A stretch of 37,044 bases of DNA from Anaerolineae bacterium (GTDB lineage: Bacteria; Chloroflexota; Anaerolineae; J036; Brachytrichaceae): positions 1 through 37,044 of the forward strand of contig JBKJQK010000042.1 in the NCBI GenBank assembly GCA_046594095.1, written 5' to 3'. Positions within the stretch are counted from its first letter, which is position 1. Each line of letters opens with the position of its first letter. The translations under genes and the position numbers were made by a program. Under the pieces are notes generated by a model. That model was given only the letters and a program-made list of their open reading frames with translations, was not told the DNA's origin and made no database searches. Below, in pieces: positions 35,774 to 37,044 of this stretch.

Positions 35774-37044
35774 CTACGCTTTTCGCCCGATGCCGATGGC
35801 GCTGATACCCGGCCAGGGCAGGATCCGATCAAGGGCCCGCACAATCGGCATGATCAACTCCAGCGCTTTAAGTTGAACGCTTGAGAAATCCTTGCGCCGA
35901 AGCACTCTTGCGTTCCAGAACCAGGCTGGCACCGAAATCCGGTTGAAATCGAACATGCGCTCGACCTCAAAGCCGGCGGACTCCAGGGAGCGGCGCAGTC
36001 CCGTGGCGGTGTAGCGCTCGCGATGCTCGAGCACTTCGTCGAGCGATCCGTACAGCGCCGGGTGCTGTGGCACGAGGATCACGACCCGACCGCCAGGCGC
36101 CAGCGCGGTCCGCAGGTTTTTCAACGAAAGTTGCTCATCCGGAACATGCTCGAGCACGTTGATCATGACCGCCGTGTCAAACACGCCCTGCACCTTCTCG
36201 AAGTCTCCCTCGTTTCCCGCGTCGATCCGCATCACGCGCAAGTAGGGCTTTCCGATCGCGTAGGAGCCAAGGTAATCCAAATAGCGCGGGTTGATGTCGC
36301 TGGCCACATACAACTCGCGCGGGATAAATTGGTTTGTGAGATTGCCAATCCCGGCCCCGATTTCCAAAACGCGATCGCCAATGTACGGGCGCAGCGTGTC
36401 GGCCATCCACTGATTGAATCGGCGCGCCGATTGCAGGTCGTTGAGGATGTTCGACCCGTACTCATCGCCCATATAGATGTCGTCCACGATCGAATAACGC
36501 AGCATGGCCAGGATCGCCAGGAAACCGTCCTTGGCCCGGATTTTCTTGCCTTCCACATAGCTTCGGGGGGAATAGCGAATGGGCACTTCATAGATGCGCG
36601 CCCGCCGCTTCGCGAGCTTGAGGGCCAGCTCGACTTCGAACCGGAAATCATTCGACCGCAGCGGGATTGACTTGAAAAGAGGCGTCTTGATCGCCTTGTA
36701 ACAGGTCTCGACGTCGGTCAGGTCAAGGTCGGTCAGCCAGTTTGAGATTGCCGTGAGGGTGTTGTTGATCTTGGTGTGACGATACATCAACGCCCGGCGA
36801 TACTCGGCAGAGATATAGCGTGACCCAAACACGGCGTCGGCGCCCTCGCGGATGAAGGGCACCATCAGTCTGGCCAGATCCTCGGGGTTGTACTCCATGT
36901 CGGCGTCGTGGATGACGCACACATCGCCGGTGGCGTGACCGCGCGCGGTCCGGATGGCAGCGCCTTTGCCCAGGTTGCGCTCATGGCGAAGGAGGGTGAT
37001 TCGAGCATCTTGCGCCGGCTGGCGGCGCAAGATGCTCGAATCAC
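35774..37044 (-). CDS. Second GT2 glycosyltransferase / SAM methyltransferase fusion, paralog of 34166..35665 (N-terminus beyond window end)
   Basis: Collinear with the neighbour, by eye roughly 55-60% identical: CVIHDADMEYNP, VFGSRY, NDFRFEVE, VLEIGAGIGNLT, LAPGGRVVIL. The frame is open to the window edge. The track start at 37030 is a TTG inside the GT2 domain, so the gene is 5'-truncated by the window. Confidence 0.8.
   Translation of the reverse strand, partial: DSSILRRQPAQDARITLLRHERNLGKGAAIRTARGHATGDVCVIHDADMEYNPEDLARLMVPFIREGADAVFGSRYISAEYRRALMYRHTKINNTLTAISNWLTDLDLTDVETCYKAIKTPLFKSIPLRSNDFRFEVELALKLAKRRARIYEVPIRYSPRSYVEGKKIRAKDGFLAILAMLRYSIVDDIYMGDEYGSNILNDLQSARRFNQWMADTLRPYIGDRVLEIGAGIGNLTNQFIPRELYVASDINPRYLDYLGSYAIGKPYLRVMRIDAGNEGDFEKVQGVFDTAVMINVLEHVPDEQLSLKNLRTALAPGGRVVILVPQHPALYGSLDEVLEHRERYTATGLRRSLESAGFEVERMFDFNRISVPAWFWNARVLRRKDFSSVQLKALELIMPIVRALDRILPWPGISAIGIGRKA
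36996..37044. repeat. Perfect 22-bp inverted repeat (5-nt loop) terminating exactly at the window end
   Basis: 36996-37017 (GTGATTCGAGCATCTTGCGCCG) is the exact reverse complement of 37023-37044. Loop is GCTGG. Confidence 0.9.

Overview
GC-rich bacterial chromosomal window with no rRNA, tRNA, CRISPR array or transposase gene. The DUF2298 / 'Chlor_Arch_YYY' giant membrane protein suggests a Chloroflexota-like origin; this is inference only. Gene order: (i) 1-6601: respiratory formate dehydrogenase operon fdnG(partial)-fdnH-NrfD-like anchor-small ORF-fdhE, then two tandem Mrp/ApbC-type ATPase paralogs. (ii) 6.7-9.3 kb: small genes (DUF3592 membrane protein, SAM methyltransferase, ABM-like protein, RidA, truncated SDR remnant). 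(iii) 9390-12137: adenylate cyclase-STAND ATPase-TPR protein. (iv) 12.2-19.4 kb: minus-strand run gyrB, aldo/keto reductase, quinone oxidoreductase, pcrA, GNAT. (v) 19.7-24.9 kb: metal island with a lipoprotein cytochrome c and a Zn/Cd-type P1B ATPase. It also holds a Tat-exported NirK-like two-domain multicopper oxidase co-transcribed with an N-terminally extended ZIP permease, driven by a near-consensus promoter with two 16-bp palindromic operators. (vi) HEAT-like protein and vapBC. (vii) 26.6-37.0 kb, the most unusual part: a glycosylation locus. It contains a GT1 enzyme, a 1,792-aa fusion of a GT-C-like module with a DUF2298 module (carrying a 42-bp tandem coding repeat), a polyprenyl-phosphate sugar synthase, a 16-nt tandem repeat array, and two tandem GT2-methyltransferase fusion paralogs. 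The window ends in a perfect 22-bp fold-back palindrome. Many long antisense ORFs in the track are GC-driven artefacts.
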